DNA from: Paraglomus brasilianum
Taxonomy: Eukaryota
Assembly: GCA_910592345.1 (NCBI GenBank)
Contig: CAJVPI010000245.1
Location: 1-39,583 of the forward strand
DNA: 39,583 nucleotides
Direction: 5' to 3'
This document shows positions 23,491 through 36,070 of the stretch, in pieces (position 1 is the stretch's first letter; every line of letters begins with the position of its first letter). Position numbers and translations under genes: made by a program. The notes under the pieces were generated by a model. That model saw only the letters and a list, made by a program, of their open reading frames with translations. It was not told where the DNA came from and did not search any database.

Positions 23491-23839
23491 TCACACTCTC
23501 TCCCGAAAGAATAAAAAAAAAACTTACAAATGATATATAAATAATATGGAGTCATATGATGAAGAATTTTCAATTTACAAGTATTACGCGCTGCGATACT
23601 TATGAGAATTTTGGTACATGATTACTTACACGCTCTACTTCCACGTGCGTGTAAATAACATACACCCAAATTACTCAAAAATGCAATACAACCTTAATAC
23701 AATAAATACTTTCTCCTACATTAAATAGCCCCCCGCCAAATCGCGATAATCGTGCATGCATATTTTTTTTAAATAATTGTCAAAAACAACTACTTCCTCC
23801 ACAAAATTTCCTTCTTTTTTAAAATACCTCTCCTCTCGT

Positions 23840-26219
23840 TCAACTCTTTGGATGTAACGGAATTACACCAAATAAAAGAACAAAAGCGACTACAAAGAAA
23901 TAAAGAAGTCCATCATTAAACAATGTCCGTGGGTGTAGCCGAGTATAACGTGTCTTGTTTGTTGGTTGCTTGCTGGCTACGACTCGAGGCGTCGGCTTGG
24001 AAACCGTTAACGGCGTCTGTAATGAAATTGTCTGTATCGGCGATACGGTTATCGTCGAATTGAATGGTGAGAGATCGGACGAAGAGTCGAGATCGGATAA
24101 TATAGATACGGATACGGGCGGGAGGCGATTCTCGTAGTTGGTGTTTTTGGTCAGAGGCGGAAGGAACGGAAACCCGACCAGCTCTTTTTTGTTGTCCTCG
24201 TCGCTAGCAATCTCGCAAGCGCTATCTCGTCTTTCTTCTCTCTCGTTTTTTTGTGGCATTGGTATGTCCAAGTCCAGTCCATCTATCCCGTGTTTCTCTT
24301 CTGGAACTACAATGATCGACGAGGGTCTTGTTGCGGGAAGTGGACATAATATGCGGGACGTTCTTTTTGATGGTATTGAGTTTCGTGCCCGGCCCGAGTC
24401 TTCACGTTTGTATGGTGGTGTTGGCCTACGTGTGAGCTTGTGAAAGTGTTGGAGTTCGTCTTTGCTAAAAAGGTACATCTGCAAGAAGTAATGGATGTGA
24501 GCAAGGGAGGAAAGCAAGGAGAAACCGGTGAAACGAGAGATTACGATCAACCCGTTACCTGTTGTTCTTGTGCCTTTTTAATGGCAGCTGCCACTTTGCT
24601 TTTGTGCCAGTTGTATAAGAATGACGCCTCATTTCCTTCTGTTTCACCCGGACATAATGAAACTAAAAATATAATATCCCAAACGAAATTTCAATCAGCA
24701 ACCAAAGTTGGCACAAATAAAAAAAAAAAAGTTCCTTTTAAATTCATCCACATCATTCCCGCTCTCTTTTTCAAAAATCTACTTACCCATTCCAATAAGC
24801 AAAATGTCCGTTCCACGTATAGCAAAAACGGGTCCACCGCTTGCACCATCCCACAGACTGGCAGAGATACGAAACATTGTCGGCGGTAAATCTGGATCAA
24901 GAGAAGGGAGACCGATAACGCTGCCGGATGCGACGGATTTTGCGTGTGGATGAAGGATGGTACTCAAGTCTTCGGGCTAGATAAAATAACAATTGTTTGT
25001 TGTTTTAGTCTAAGATGTAGTCATTTGTTTTTTTACTTCCGCAGTCCATTAATCAATGTTCATTTGATGGTCTTTGTTTACTCTTGGTTATTTGTTTGTG
25101 TTCTATTTGGATGCACAAAAAAGGGCCCTGTTTGTTTATAACTCGGGAGATTAATACATACGACTTTGGGTCGACCATCTTCATCAGCGTCTCGATATCG
25201 CAAAGCATTGCGTTCGTCGAGTAGGTTTCTATTAGGTGTACCATTATATACAATTGCTACCACGCTGTCCTGTGTAATTCGAGGATATATGAATGAATTC
25301 AGTGATGCAAAACGTACGACACTTATAACACACACAATCGACAGTCGTAGAAACATTACCCTATATCGCAAGTTTTTTGCTACTTCAGATGAAGAGTCAT
25401 CCGGTAATTCGAGATATCCAGGTGCACGGAAAGTCTTGTTTATTACGAGAAACAGCCCGAAATCGGCTTCATCACTGGCCCATAAACATTTCACAGGGAG
25501 AGCGCTCCGTGGGCATGTTTCTATTGTGTTACGAAAACAATATTGGGGAGAAGAAATTGGGTTGTGTTATATAAGTTAGGTAATAATGACAATGTTTGTA
25601 ATAATATTTCTTAAACTAGAAATGACAAAGGACATTTGAGATACACTTTTTTACTCGACGACAATGCACTCTAAACAACTGGGTTTTACCATATATATAT
25701 TAACACCCTTTTCGCCTCCTAACCAACGCTCGCACCGCTAACCCAACCAACACTCGCAGCCACTCCAAACTTACCTCCCCAACTTGCAATAGATACATAA
25801 CCAGCAACACTCATGCTCTCAATTTTTGCTGCTTTGATATCGCCTAATCTCAGCCGACTCACAAATAGCCTCGGACCGACAAAGAAGCCAGTTTCGTATA
25901 CTTCTGGATCGACACTCCATAGCCTTCCGACAGCCTCTGCTGTATTTTCCAATTTTGCTTTTATGGCTGGTTCTAGCATGTCTCTTGCATGCTTAGCTAG
26001 TGAATAGAAGCGTGGCGATTGTATCCCTTCTTGTGGATCGATGTACATGCTTGTGTTCCAACTGCCAGCTGATTCGTCATATTCCAGTGAACCGGGTGGG
26101 GAGAGAGAAGAGGAGTATGCAAGTTGCTTTGAGGGAAGGGTGAAAAAGGAGGAGTGAAGAGAGTGGCGGGGTACATACGGTCGTGTAAGGGGAAGCTCGG
26201 TTTGCTCTGTGGAGAACAT
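23840..26219 (-). CDS. Trypsin-like (chymotrypsin-fold) domain protein with low-complexity linker and C-terminal transmembrane segment, ~548 aa, 6 exons
   Basis: Exons 26219-25775, 25520-25360, 25269-25162, 24976-24787, 24662-24559, 24478-23840 (1647 nt) join in phase over GT-AG introns. Motifs in fold order: AVGRL..ETGFFVGPRLFVSRLRL, ADFGLFLV, VVAIVY, GASGGPVF, LLIGMV. C-terminus GLLYFFVVAFVLLFGVIPLHPKS*. Confidence 0.8.
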
Positions 26220-27240
26220 TTTTTTAAAGGTATGGGGGAAGAGGATATAATGCTGAGATGGATTATTGTGGTATTGGAGGATGGAATAAATCTGTGTGTA
26301 AAATGACAAGTGTTGTGAATGTTAAGTGGGAAAGGTTTTCCTTCTCTTTTCAAAGAGTATTATTGAGAGTATGTAGATAGAATGATGCGTGACAAAATAT
26401 GCTTTTGATTATTAGTATATACTCTCGGTATTTTTATCCTCTCTTTTTTTCCACTCTTATCTCTCTCTTTCTCTCTCTCGCTATTTTGCTAATATTGATG
26501 ATGATTATGTACAATAAATTATGAGTGAGTTTTTTTCGCTTTCTGCAGGATGAGGCTCTCCTTTATATCTTTTTGTGCGGTTGAGGACCGTTGTAAAAAA
26601 CGGAGCAAGTGTCCCAGAAATTCTCCAGAATCTCGATAGATTATTCGTTAACCTTTACGATGTGGGTTATCCTTTTTTATTATCTTTTTTCTTTTTCATG
26701 CATGCAAATGATGCTCGGTATACAGGAATAACGAATTGTGAAATGGCTGATATTTAAGATTCGAACAACAATGAAACAAGATAATAAAGTTCAGGTAAAT
26801 AAATATACATGTTAGTGTATTTCGTAATAGCCACATACTCTCACACCTCTCTACACACCCTACACACCCTACACACACTCTTCCTCTTTTACTCGCACAC
26901 TTCAATCTCATGTCTATCTCTCCATCTCTCCAATCAAGATGAGAATGTGCCTGTGTCCATTGTCATTGTCGGAGTTTATAACAACCTGACACAATAAACT
27001 AGTCTCCTACAACAACAACAAAGACCACTGCAAACTGGCGTATAATATACATCATATTATAACAGTATATAATAAGTACTTTATAATAATATTTATACAG
27101 CATAGAATACGAATTGTTCTATACAAATATGTACATCTAAATAGCAGACAATATAAATTACGAGTTACAATACTTAACGAACATGCATATTTATACAATG
27201 GAAACAAACGATATCTTAAAATAAACTAATAAAGAACACA

Positions 27241-27310
27241 CAACACATACAACACATACAACACATACAACACATACAACACACACAACACATACAACAC
27301 ATACAACATA
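27241..27310. repeat. 9-bp minisatellite (CAACACATA) x ~7.5
   Basis: Read directly; explains the CCM-repeat ORF on the minus strand. Confidence 0.9.
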
Positions 27311-28644
27311 TTACAATTGCCATTCCCAACATAATCGTATAACTATTTATGTCACAATTGTTAGTTTTATCACATATGACCATTCCTAATTTGTCATGGA
27401 CAAACTTGATTTCTGCTTGATTGTGAATGTGGTTGTCTCTAAAACAATAACTGATACTACTAAATGTATTAACGTCGGAGAGCATTCTCAGAACTCCGAC
27501 GATGCAAGAGAAGAAATATGGCTAAATGACAATAACATGTTTGGATTATCGGGTTTTGTAATCGCACACTAGCATGCTATGAGCATGTTATCAGCATGGG
27601 TTATCAAAGTTACTGGTAGAAAGTCTGTGCGAGATTTGAAAAAAAAATTTTTTTTTAATTGAAACAGCAACTGATTATTAGTATGATTATTATTACGATT
27701 GAAATCATCAGCCGCATCGTCATCGCCATCACAGATACTGCACTGGGGCAAGTTCCAATACCTGAAATTCTATTTGGTTATCGATCCAATTAAATTATGC
27801 TGACTTGGTAATTGGTGTGTAGTGATAATCAATACCCCCCCCTCCCATCTCGAATTCCCTGCACATCCCCACAACATGTTTGTTCAACTTTTCTCTCTTT
27901 CCCTCCCCAGTAGGGTATAATGAATTAAAATAGTTTCTATTATAACCCAGGAGTATGGGCTATGGAAACCCGTTAAGGTTAAAATCATAAAATGTTACAA
28001 ACAATTGTAGGTTGTTCTAATACCAATTATTTTTAAATCTTAATCTTCTTTTAACAGATGCTAAATTCTTAATTCAGCACAACGGTTGGTCGCACCACCA
28101 CCCATATTATCGTTTCCTAATTCTAACGTACAAAGCGCAATATTAAGTGATAACTGACTGGTAAGCACAACTTGCCCCTTCCAAGTCTACGAGTTTTGAT
28201 TCATAGAGTCATACAACCTATTACTATTATTTGATGCAAGGCTAGAGTTCCATCATCTTTATTATTATTATCGTCGATAATATATTGTTGTTACCATTGT
28301 CTTCAATCTGTTGTGTTAATGCAAAGCTTCAACGATGTTTCGAAATTATCTAGTAGTAATCATTCAGACGGTAGTAATTGTGCTGGCTCTGGAAAATGGT
28401 TTAATAGTATCCTGACAAAAGTACCGATAGGTGCTCATCGTAATAATGTTACCATGCAGCCAGCAATGGTGCAATAAGCAAACGTGTTAAAATACCTGTG
28501 TGCTAGTATGTGCTTTACACGTTTTCCTCAATGATAAATACTAAGGTAAGCTTTTTAGAAAATTTATTATAAACTTTGTTAACCACGGTCAATTAAATTA
28601 CAATATTCTGTGTAATTACCTATGACTTTTTAGTTTTGGTATCA

Positions 28645-28745
28645 GATAGCTGAAATAAAACTAGTGCCTCTTATCTAATTGCTTATCTAGAGATTAAATT
28701 GGATAGCTGAATAAAAATAGTGCCTCTTATCTAATTGCTTATCTA
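28645..28745. repeat. Direct repeat of ~45 bp, 2 copies
   Basis: gatagctgaaataaaactagtgcctcttatctaattgcttatcta at 28645-28689 and a near-identical copy at 28702-28745. Confidence 0.9.
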
Positions 28746-30379
28746 ACCTTTTTTTATAAAATATACATTAATACCTTGCCCTTGCGATAAATGTTTACTA
28801 AACAAGCACTGTAATTAGCTTGGGCCACATTATTATTTTCTAAGCTTAAATTTTGTAATTTAATCTTTATGCTTATATTCAGTACATAGTGATGGATGTT
28901 TTAAACACGTTTAGTTACTGTACTATGATAAAAATTCACTGTACACCTATTAGTATAAGTATTTAATTAGCAAGATTTCACGAAAATCGCCTTTGTCAGA
29001 ATGTAGACCACTTTTTATCTCCAGTGCCATTTACATGTTTTTGTGACGTAATAGACGTTTATTTATAATATGACACAAAACAAAATTAAAAACTTGCCCT
29101 GCCAATACAAGAAACATAAGCAGTTAGGCCAAACAACATCAATGTTGAATTTAATTAACGCTGACAATAGGCCACACGCTTACAAAAATGTGTTATATAT
29201 TACAATATTACATGTAATTCCTGAAATTAAGTTATAATGTACACTTGGACAATTACAACTTTCATGATTATAGTCGCTGGAAACCAAATTTAAAATATAT
29301 ACTACCTTGCCGTTGTAGATGGAAAATAAAATAACATCTAATTTATAAAAGAAGAGCATGACTGCTTGTATTCATAACTAGATTAATGCGTGTACACTTC
29401 CCTCCCTTGTTGTTTAGCTCTGCCTCGTGTCAATTAACGTTTGGCCAATATTTATAGGCGTTCCCGTATACTTACAATATACGCTCAATACACTCGCCGT
29501 AAATAATAAAATCCGTTTTCCAAAGACCGATTGCATTCGATCGAATCTTTACACCGTAGTCTCATCTAACTAGAATGGTAACGCATATCTCAAATATGCT
29601 TGACGACTGCCTTATGGACTGTCAAACTACTACATGGGTATTTACTATTACTAACTTGCAAGAAAATTATAAAAGGACCAGATAAATACGGTTTTTTTGT
29701 CATGATCCATATTATAAAATTTCTCGCACGTAATTCTCGTCAATTACTCGGATGTCACGCATACATAGTTGAGTAAACTACTAAACGGAGAACGATACCG
29801 ATAAAGTGATCTAAAAGTAAGGTCTGGCTTAATCTATTAAATCAATGTCAGTTTACCAACCTTCTCCACAGGCAGCTTGTATGTATACTAAGGCCAAAAC
29901 GCGTGGCAATCTGCTAGCAAGAGAGTAATACATGTGAGCTGCGGAGTTAATTTATTAGGATGGTGCTAATTCTCAGGTGTCGTGTATCATTTGCTTTCTC
30001 ATATGTAAAGAAAAAACGGTGGTCACATAATCAAAAGTCGCGGCAAATAAGGTAGGTATTGACATAACTTTCAAACTTGACTCGACATAGTATAATTTAT
30101 TCTGTGAGATGCGGGGTAATAAATAAAATGAGAAGATATGAATGCTCAATATTTCCAAAAAAATAAGCCCCGAACACGACATGGTAATTGGATATAATCT
30201 GATAGAAGATAAAAGGCAGTCGGTTAGTATATTAATTAATATTACTAGCGATTGTAGTTTCCTATTTATCAAAGTTATTGATAGTTGGTTAATAAAATCT
30301 GATCAATGGTATATAAAGCGTCAAGTTAATAAATTGACATTATGCTAGCATATAGAAGATTTGACAAGAAAGTCTACTG

Positions 30380-32430
30380 CTTCAGGATGAGCCGGTTTCT
30401 CCGCTAAACTTGGCACGATGGCCTTTTAACATGTTCCTAGCCCTCTCAAGCGCTGGAGTATACTCCCGATTACGATCTTCATTCGAATGGAGAGTGTCTT
30501 CCATTTCAAACATCCACATTATGAGCCCAAATGCATAAATATCTGCTTTCTGAAGAACAATATTGAAGAATTGTGTTTGAATAATGTAGGTATAGGCGTG
30601 ACACTGCACACAAGAAGTAAGTTTTAAAAAATACCTGTGCGTATGGTTTACCGTCAAGAACCTCTGGTGCAACATATGGCATCGCTCCAATTACTTCTTT
30701 ACTTCATCTTTGTGAATTGAAAACCTAAAGTCCATGATCTGCGTTATTTTCTCTGCTTTCAATAAGGACATTCATATTCATTCATGCTAGCCGGATACAT
30801 ACCGTGGTTTCTACCGATCGACACAAGGTCGTGAGTGTCGTTAAATTTACCATCGTATGGCTGCTGATTATTTTCTGACCGGATAGTTCGACACAATTCT
30901 CCTGCTCCGCGCAGCATACCCACTCGTGAATACTAAACCTCGTTATATTTTAGGAGAAGTCACAGCTCCACATAGGTAGGTAAGGTCCGATGTGATACTT
31001 CGAAATAGTAGTGTGGAGTTAATTGGCGATTGAGGGAGGGGGCCTTCATATTTAAGTGGTTTTTTTCTTCTTTCTGAACTCAGAAAACGATGCTCTATTG
31101 TCTAAATCAGAACAATACTATTGTGTTAGACTCACAACAGAAGGTAAAGATTCGGCTATAGTTTGGGACAATTTTCTCACCAAATGTACGTGCCCCATTT
31201 TCTACTAAATTTGCCCATGGGATCCATTTGAGACATGTGACCAAAATCCATCTTTTTGCGTCTCTCGGATGATAGTGACGATTTCTTCGTTGCCGCTAGT
31301 CCAACTGAACATTAACCGTTTTGGATCACATTCTTTGCGCCTCTTTAGCATCGCCAGACCCGGAACCGATGAAAATGCGTCACAACCCAAACACGCGCCA
31401 GAAACTCCTAGTGCATACTCTCCACTGGAATCCGACCCAAGGTTTCAGTTTGGTTGCCAGTTTGGTATTGACTTTTGAAGACCCCATTTGCTCGATCCGA
31501 TTACCTCCGTAACGCATTCCTTCAGCTAATTAAAGGTTATTATACACGTACTAGTCTCGAACTATATTTCACGGCACCAAATATCAAATCAAGTACCTCT
31601 TTCAAAAAGTTTCTGTTATCGTTGTCTGGAAAAGTTTGACGATTACACGGCAGGTAGCCCGATTGTGATGATATAGTCGCTGTCCGCGTCATCGGCAGTA
31701 AATTTATATTGGCCGTCAACAAAATCAGCTGCGAAAATACTGCCAAAGGAATTCATCGAAGACAATGGTATCCACACCAGTTTCTGTTATATGCATTCTC
31801 TTGTGAGCGTATTATTTGAATTTCCCACTTGGCCATTCCCGGTTGTTTGCTTCCAGTCACAGTCTTTGCACCAAGCATTGTCGTTTGGGTAGGAAACACC
31901 ACAAGAATAACAAGCGCGACGACTCACGAGAGCCAACTCTCCTGTCGAATCAAGTCCTGATAAGCCAAAAGCTCTTGTCTTTGTAGGTTGCCATTCTTTC
32001 ATTTCCAAGAGCCCTTTAAGCTCGGGACCCTGTTTCATCCGTTTGTTTTGTTTTTTTTTGAAGCCTCAACTCTACTACAGGCAGACACCCGCAGAAAATT
32101 TCCGCACCATCATTCAGCTGCAATTCAGAAATAACAGGAAAGAAGATAGCCGTTATATACATATGGTCTCGTTGGTATCTTTTAGTTCGTCATCAAACTC
32201 TGTCTTGACCAGCCGTATAGAGCTTTCCAAAGTTGCCGGTACTGATCTCTACATGGTAACCAGGATAGTAATATGAAGATTCGTCATTTGTATAGATATC
32301 CTCGATAGTCTTATCGTAGTCAGCATTGCCACTGGTCCAACTGTCGCCCAACTTATGTCATTCACATTCATCGCACCACTCTGCGGCTTCCGGGAGAGCC
32401 TGGCCACATATAGCACAAAGATTTATTGCC
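30380..32430 (-). pseudogene. Decayed TKL-type kinase gene with three Cys-rich/WTSGN modules upstream of the kinase C-lobe
   Basis: Fragments WCDECE*HKLGDSWTSGNADYDKTI (~32300-32380), CYSCG..WCKDCD..WPSG..LVWIP (~31765-31915), CFGC..ECDPKRLMFSWTSGNEEIVTIIRETQ..WIPW (~31210-31390), then NVLI, IMDFRFS and IGAMPYVAPEVLDGKPYAQ|KADIYAFGLIMWMF across a GT-AG intron at 30634-30550. Many stops and frameshifts; boundaries approximate. Confidence 0.75.
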
Positions 32431-33964
32431 ACCAATGCCAATGCTCCAGTAGACTCATATCAAGTATAGGTAACCGCAACGGATTCCCAAATTCAGCGCC
32501 AGCCTTTCAGCTATAACAATCGAAATATGAATCTAGTTAACAACTAATTTAGGCAATTTTATACGACGGTTGAATCAAAATAAATTTTACCTGATGCAGA
32601 AAAGATGAAGTACTAGCCCGGAGAAAGACTTTGGTAGTTTTCTAATGCAGTACAATATCACGGCCTTCGCCTCAAAATCCCATCTAGATGGTCCCAAATT
32701 TACCCTTAGACAATTCGCTAAGATTTTATAGTTGATGAGATGGGATCCATTAGAGAGTATGAACTTGTGTTCCTCGGATGATTGAATCATATTCGGTATT
32801 TCCTGTAGTCCATCAATTGTTTAATGTTGCATCGGCCAAAGTAAAGTAAAGGAAACAACTATTGCAGAATTTTTCGGCCAGAATGCTCGCTGTAATTATT
32901 GATTGCGTTTTAATATCTTGTCAATTCCGCATTCCCGATCCCCCCCTCCACGAATTGTCTATATCACAATTAGCAGTGCACCAAATTGTTTCTCGATATA
33001 AAGTTTTGCCGCAAAAGTGGCAGTTAAATTCTGCGCTACTCATTTTGAAGGAAGACTATCAACGCGACAAAGGGACGCAAAATTTGCACTGAACTACGTT
33101 ATCACATGATTTGTTGACACCGATCACATGTAGACTATTCAATTAGAATTAATAAAGCAACACTCATCTGAGTATTTAGACACTGATGAGGGAGATGAAC
33201 TCTGCTAACGCTAAGGAAGGATTGAAAGCTTTAGAAATAGTCAATCAATACATTCTTGTTGCAACAGTCTAGAGACTGTTCAGATGAAATTAGGAGTTAA
33301 CTAGCATAAAGAATAATTCCGAGTCTATGAAACAAAACACTATTAGTAATTTTTTTAGGATTAAATAGATCTGGTTGATCGTTCCTTTTCTAGTTTGGGA
33401 CACTTTTGATGCAAATAGTCCATAAGTCCTAGACCACTTTATGCAAATGAACAGATTGCGTCAATCGAATAACTGAATAATCGAACAACTAAATAGTCGA
33501 ACAACAGAATATCTCATAACTTAATAAAACTGAATAACCGAATACCATGAAATAAGAAGACGCTTCTTTCCGGAGAAATGTATGAACATTTGCAAGCCGG
33601 ACAGCGCATATTTGTTTACACTTTTTCTAGCTACCGCAGTTTAGAGTCTCACGAATTTGGTCACAAAAATTTTTTATGTACGCGTGTTCTGGGACGAGAA
33701 ACAGCTTTACTTAGTATCAGGTAATTGCTTTGCTGAGCAGTACTCGAGAAACGAATGTGGAAACAAGCCCATTAATCAGCAAGATCTTAGTGAAGACTTA
33801 TGTTGGCGAATATTATTACCCAAATCCATTTATTTGAGGTGTTTTTCGTTTTCGATTTTGAAAAAAAATTAATTTATTTGATGAAATACAATCTACTATA
33901 ATGTCTAATAATAATACAAAAATAAATTAAATGTTTCGGACTTAGATTTCGGTAGAGCTGCGAA

Positions 33965-36070
33965 ATGACCATCATCCTGAACTCCAGGGAAGGTTCTGCT
34001 TCAGTTTTACTCACTCTAGTACTCAATTTCCTTCCCAGATGTCTACTCATGAATTATCACTATCTATGGTCAAGTGATCAAAACTGGCTATTAAAGAAAG
34101 AAAGAAAGAGTCCAATCAATGCTTCCCAGAATAAAAAAGAATTGGGTGGAAGGAAGTTTCAGAATGTTGAAAACCTTGGATGGGCTGTTCAGGCAGTGTC
34201 TAATAGTATACCAAAAGAGGAGTATTGTAGAGTCTTTGAGAATGAGAATTGGTAAAAAAGGCTGAAACATTGTGTTGTATAGAAGTAGGCAGAGAGTACT
34301 GTTTATTATGAGAAATAAAGTTATAGATGCCTAGAATCTTATAATCTTGCTTCCATTTGCCAAAAGAATTTAATGGGTGTATTAAAGAGGAAATATCCTT
34401 AGCACCAAAGTTGTTTTTCTTGCATTCTTGTTTTGAATTGAAATAATACCATAGCTAGCATTGTACCTGAAGGGAATGATATAGTCAATTACTTGAAAAC
34501 CTAATGGCATTTTGAAAGCAGTGTGACAGTGATAAGCTTCTATGACAAGATTCTCTGATAAAAACTTCACCCCCAGATTTCACATAATCTTGATTGTAAT
34601 TGGTAGCTGACAAAGATGTCCAATGGTTGAAGCTGATTTCTGCCTCACCAATACCTATACCCATGCTTTTGAGTAACTCATCGAGGCCATCTATTTCTTT
34701 GCAATAATAAGAACTTTAAAAATGATTTCAGAGGAACTTTTTGCAAATATGTTAATGGTGAATCAGGGTAATATTCCTTCATAACATCTGCATATGCTTT
34801 CAAATATAGGATGCAATTGACCAGTTCTCCTCTTTCTCCTGCTTCTACAACCCCATGACTAAACAGTTCCAACAGTGTGTCCAAGCAATTTTCCCAACCA
34901 ACATCAATAATACCTTTAAGTGCTCTGGATGCAAGGATGGCGTCAGAAGGATATGTACAAAGAATACTTGTATGATCAAGTGAGACTCCTAATGCAGTTG
35001 CCATATGGGATGCTATCAGGCTGTCTGCTTCTGCAAACTGAAGGAAAATGTCAAGCAAGCTATCTATTATAGGATTGAATAATAAATATGATGGAAAACA
35101 ACTAATAAACTTACGATTGGAAATATTCACTATGATCTCTAATGTCGTCTCTAATGGTAGAAATTCAGTCTGGTAATCTCTAGCTTTTGGCATACACTGG
35201 ACTTATTAAAGTTTACAGCGTCGAGAGCTTAATCAGTTGTACGAACGATTATCGATGAAATCCCAGCAACGTTCTCAATAATACGATTGATTATACCTAC
35301 AACAACACCGCTCGTACAACAATACATCTCGTTCATCTAGCTTCACAAAAAACCTGCAATTTTAGCAAAAGGACAATGATTATCTTGCAAACCTTGCATG
35401 TATTAATAAGTATTATTCCACCGTAAGAGTTATTCCATTATTCCGTTGGAGTCTTCGACCAAATCCTAAGTGGAAAAGGTGCAGAAACTATTCGAATTTT
35501 GATTGTTTATATATCTAAATTGCTACTGCGGTATTAGTATAGCTATTCTAAAATTTAAATGGTCCATAGCTATTGCTAAAATATTAATTCAACGTCACTA
35601 AATTTACGTCAGATATTTACATGTTCATCTGACGTACTAATAATATTAATCGTAAATCGCTATTTAAATGCTATTATTATTATTATTATTATTATTATTA
35701 AATTCGTCGTATAACAGTATAAGACTAATTCCGGCTTACCCCAAAGTGGTATTCCTAGATAAACAACCCTTTCATAATTATATTTTTACCAACATTTTCA
35801 GCAAGTGATGCTAGTACATCCATGGTGTTGACATCCAAATACGCGGGTAATATAATGAAATCATGTGATCTGGCAGAGATAGTGTCTTTTGTCACTGGAG
35901 GGAGGAAATTGCCAATCTTCCCACATGTACTGAGAAGAATATTAAAGAACCCAATCCATGAAATTTCTCGAATTTGTCGTCTCCATTGAACAAAATAGGT
36001 TTCATCACCTTTTGCCTTTGTAAGCAATCCATGTGCCTCGTCGATACAACAAACTGCAATCATCCCTCGT
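33965..36070 (-). pseudogene. Decayed Crinkler-type NTPase + restriction-endonuclease-fold gene
   Basis: Walker-B-like CCIDEAHGLL, ILLSTCGKIGNFLPP..SAR, YLGIPLW, LIASHMAT, YPSDAILA, GERGELV, ISFNHW and IDYIIPF..ISIQNKN (D..QxK nuclease-like) in order. Frameshifts near 35770, 34705, 34400. Walker A not found; family assignment is from remembered motif pattern. Confidence 0.65.
35673..35700. repeat. (ATT)n microsatellite
   Basis: Read directly from the sequence. Confidence 0.85.

Noticed and set aside
23301..23573. ORF with VVCV/GWCA repeats
   Set aside because: It is the translation of the 13-bp minisatellite in AT-rich sequence downstream of the trypsin-like gene.
23955..26007. Plus-strand ORFs of 60-149 aa
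   Set aside because: Antisense shadows of the minus-strand trypsin-like gene.
27216..27485. Cys-rich ORF (CCMCCM...) as a metallothionein
   Set aside because: It is the translation of the CAACACATA minisatellite.
26400..30350. Short ORFs of 60-99 aa in the long AT-rich interval
   Set aside because: No domain motifs or consistent splice structure; treated as intergenic or decayed repeat.
33465..33547. Degenerate 8-bp (CGAATAA-like) periodic tract
   Set aside because: Short and degenerate with no associated termini; not enough to call an element.
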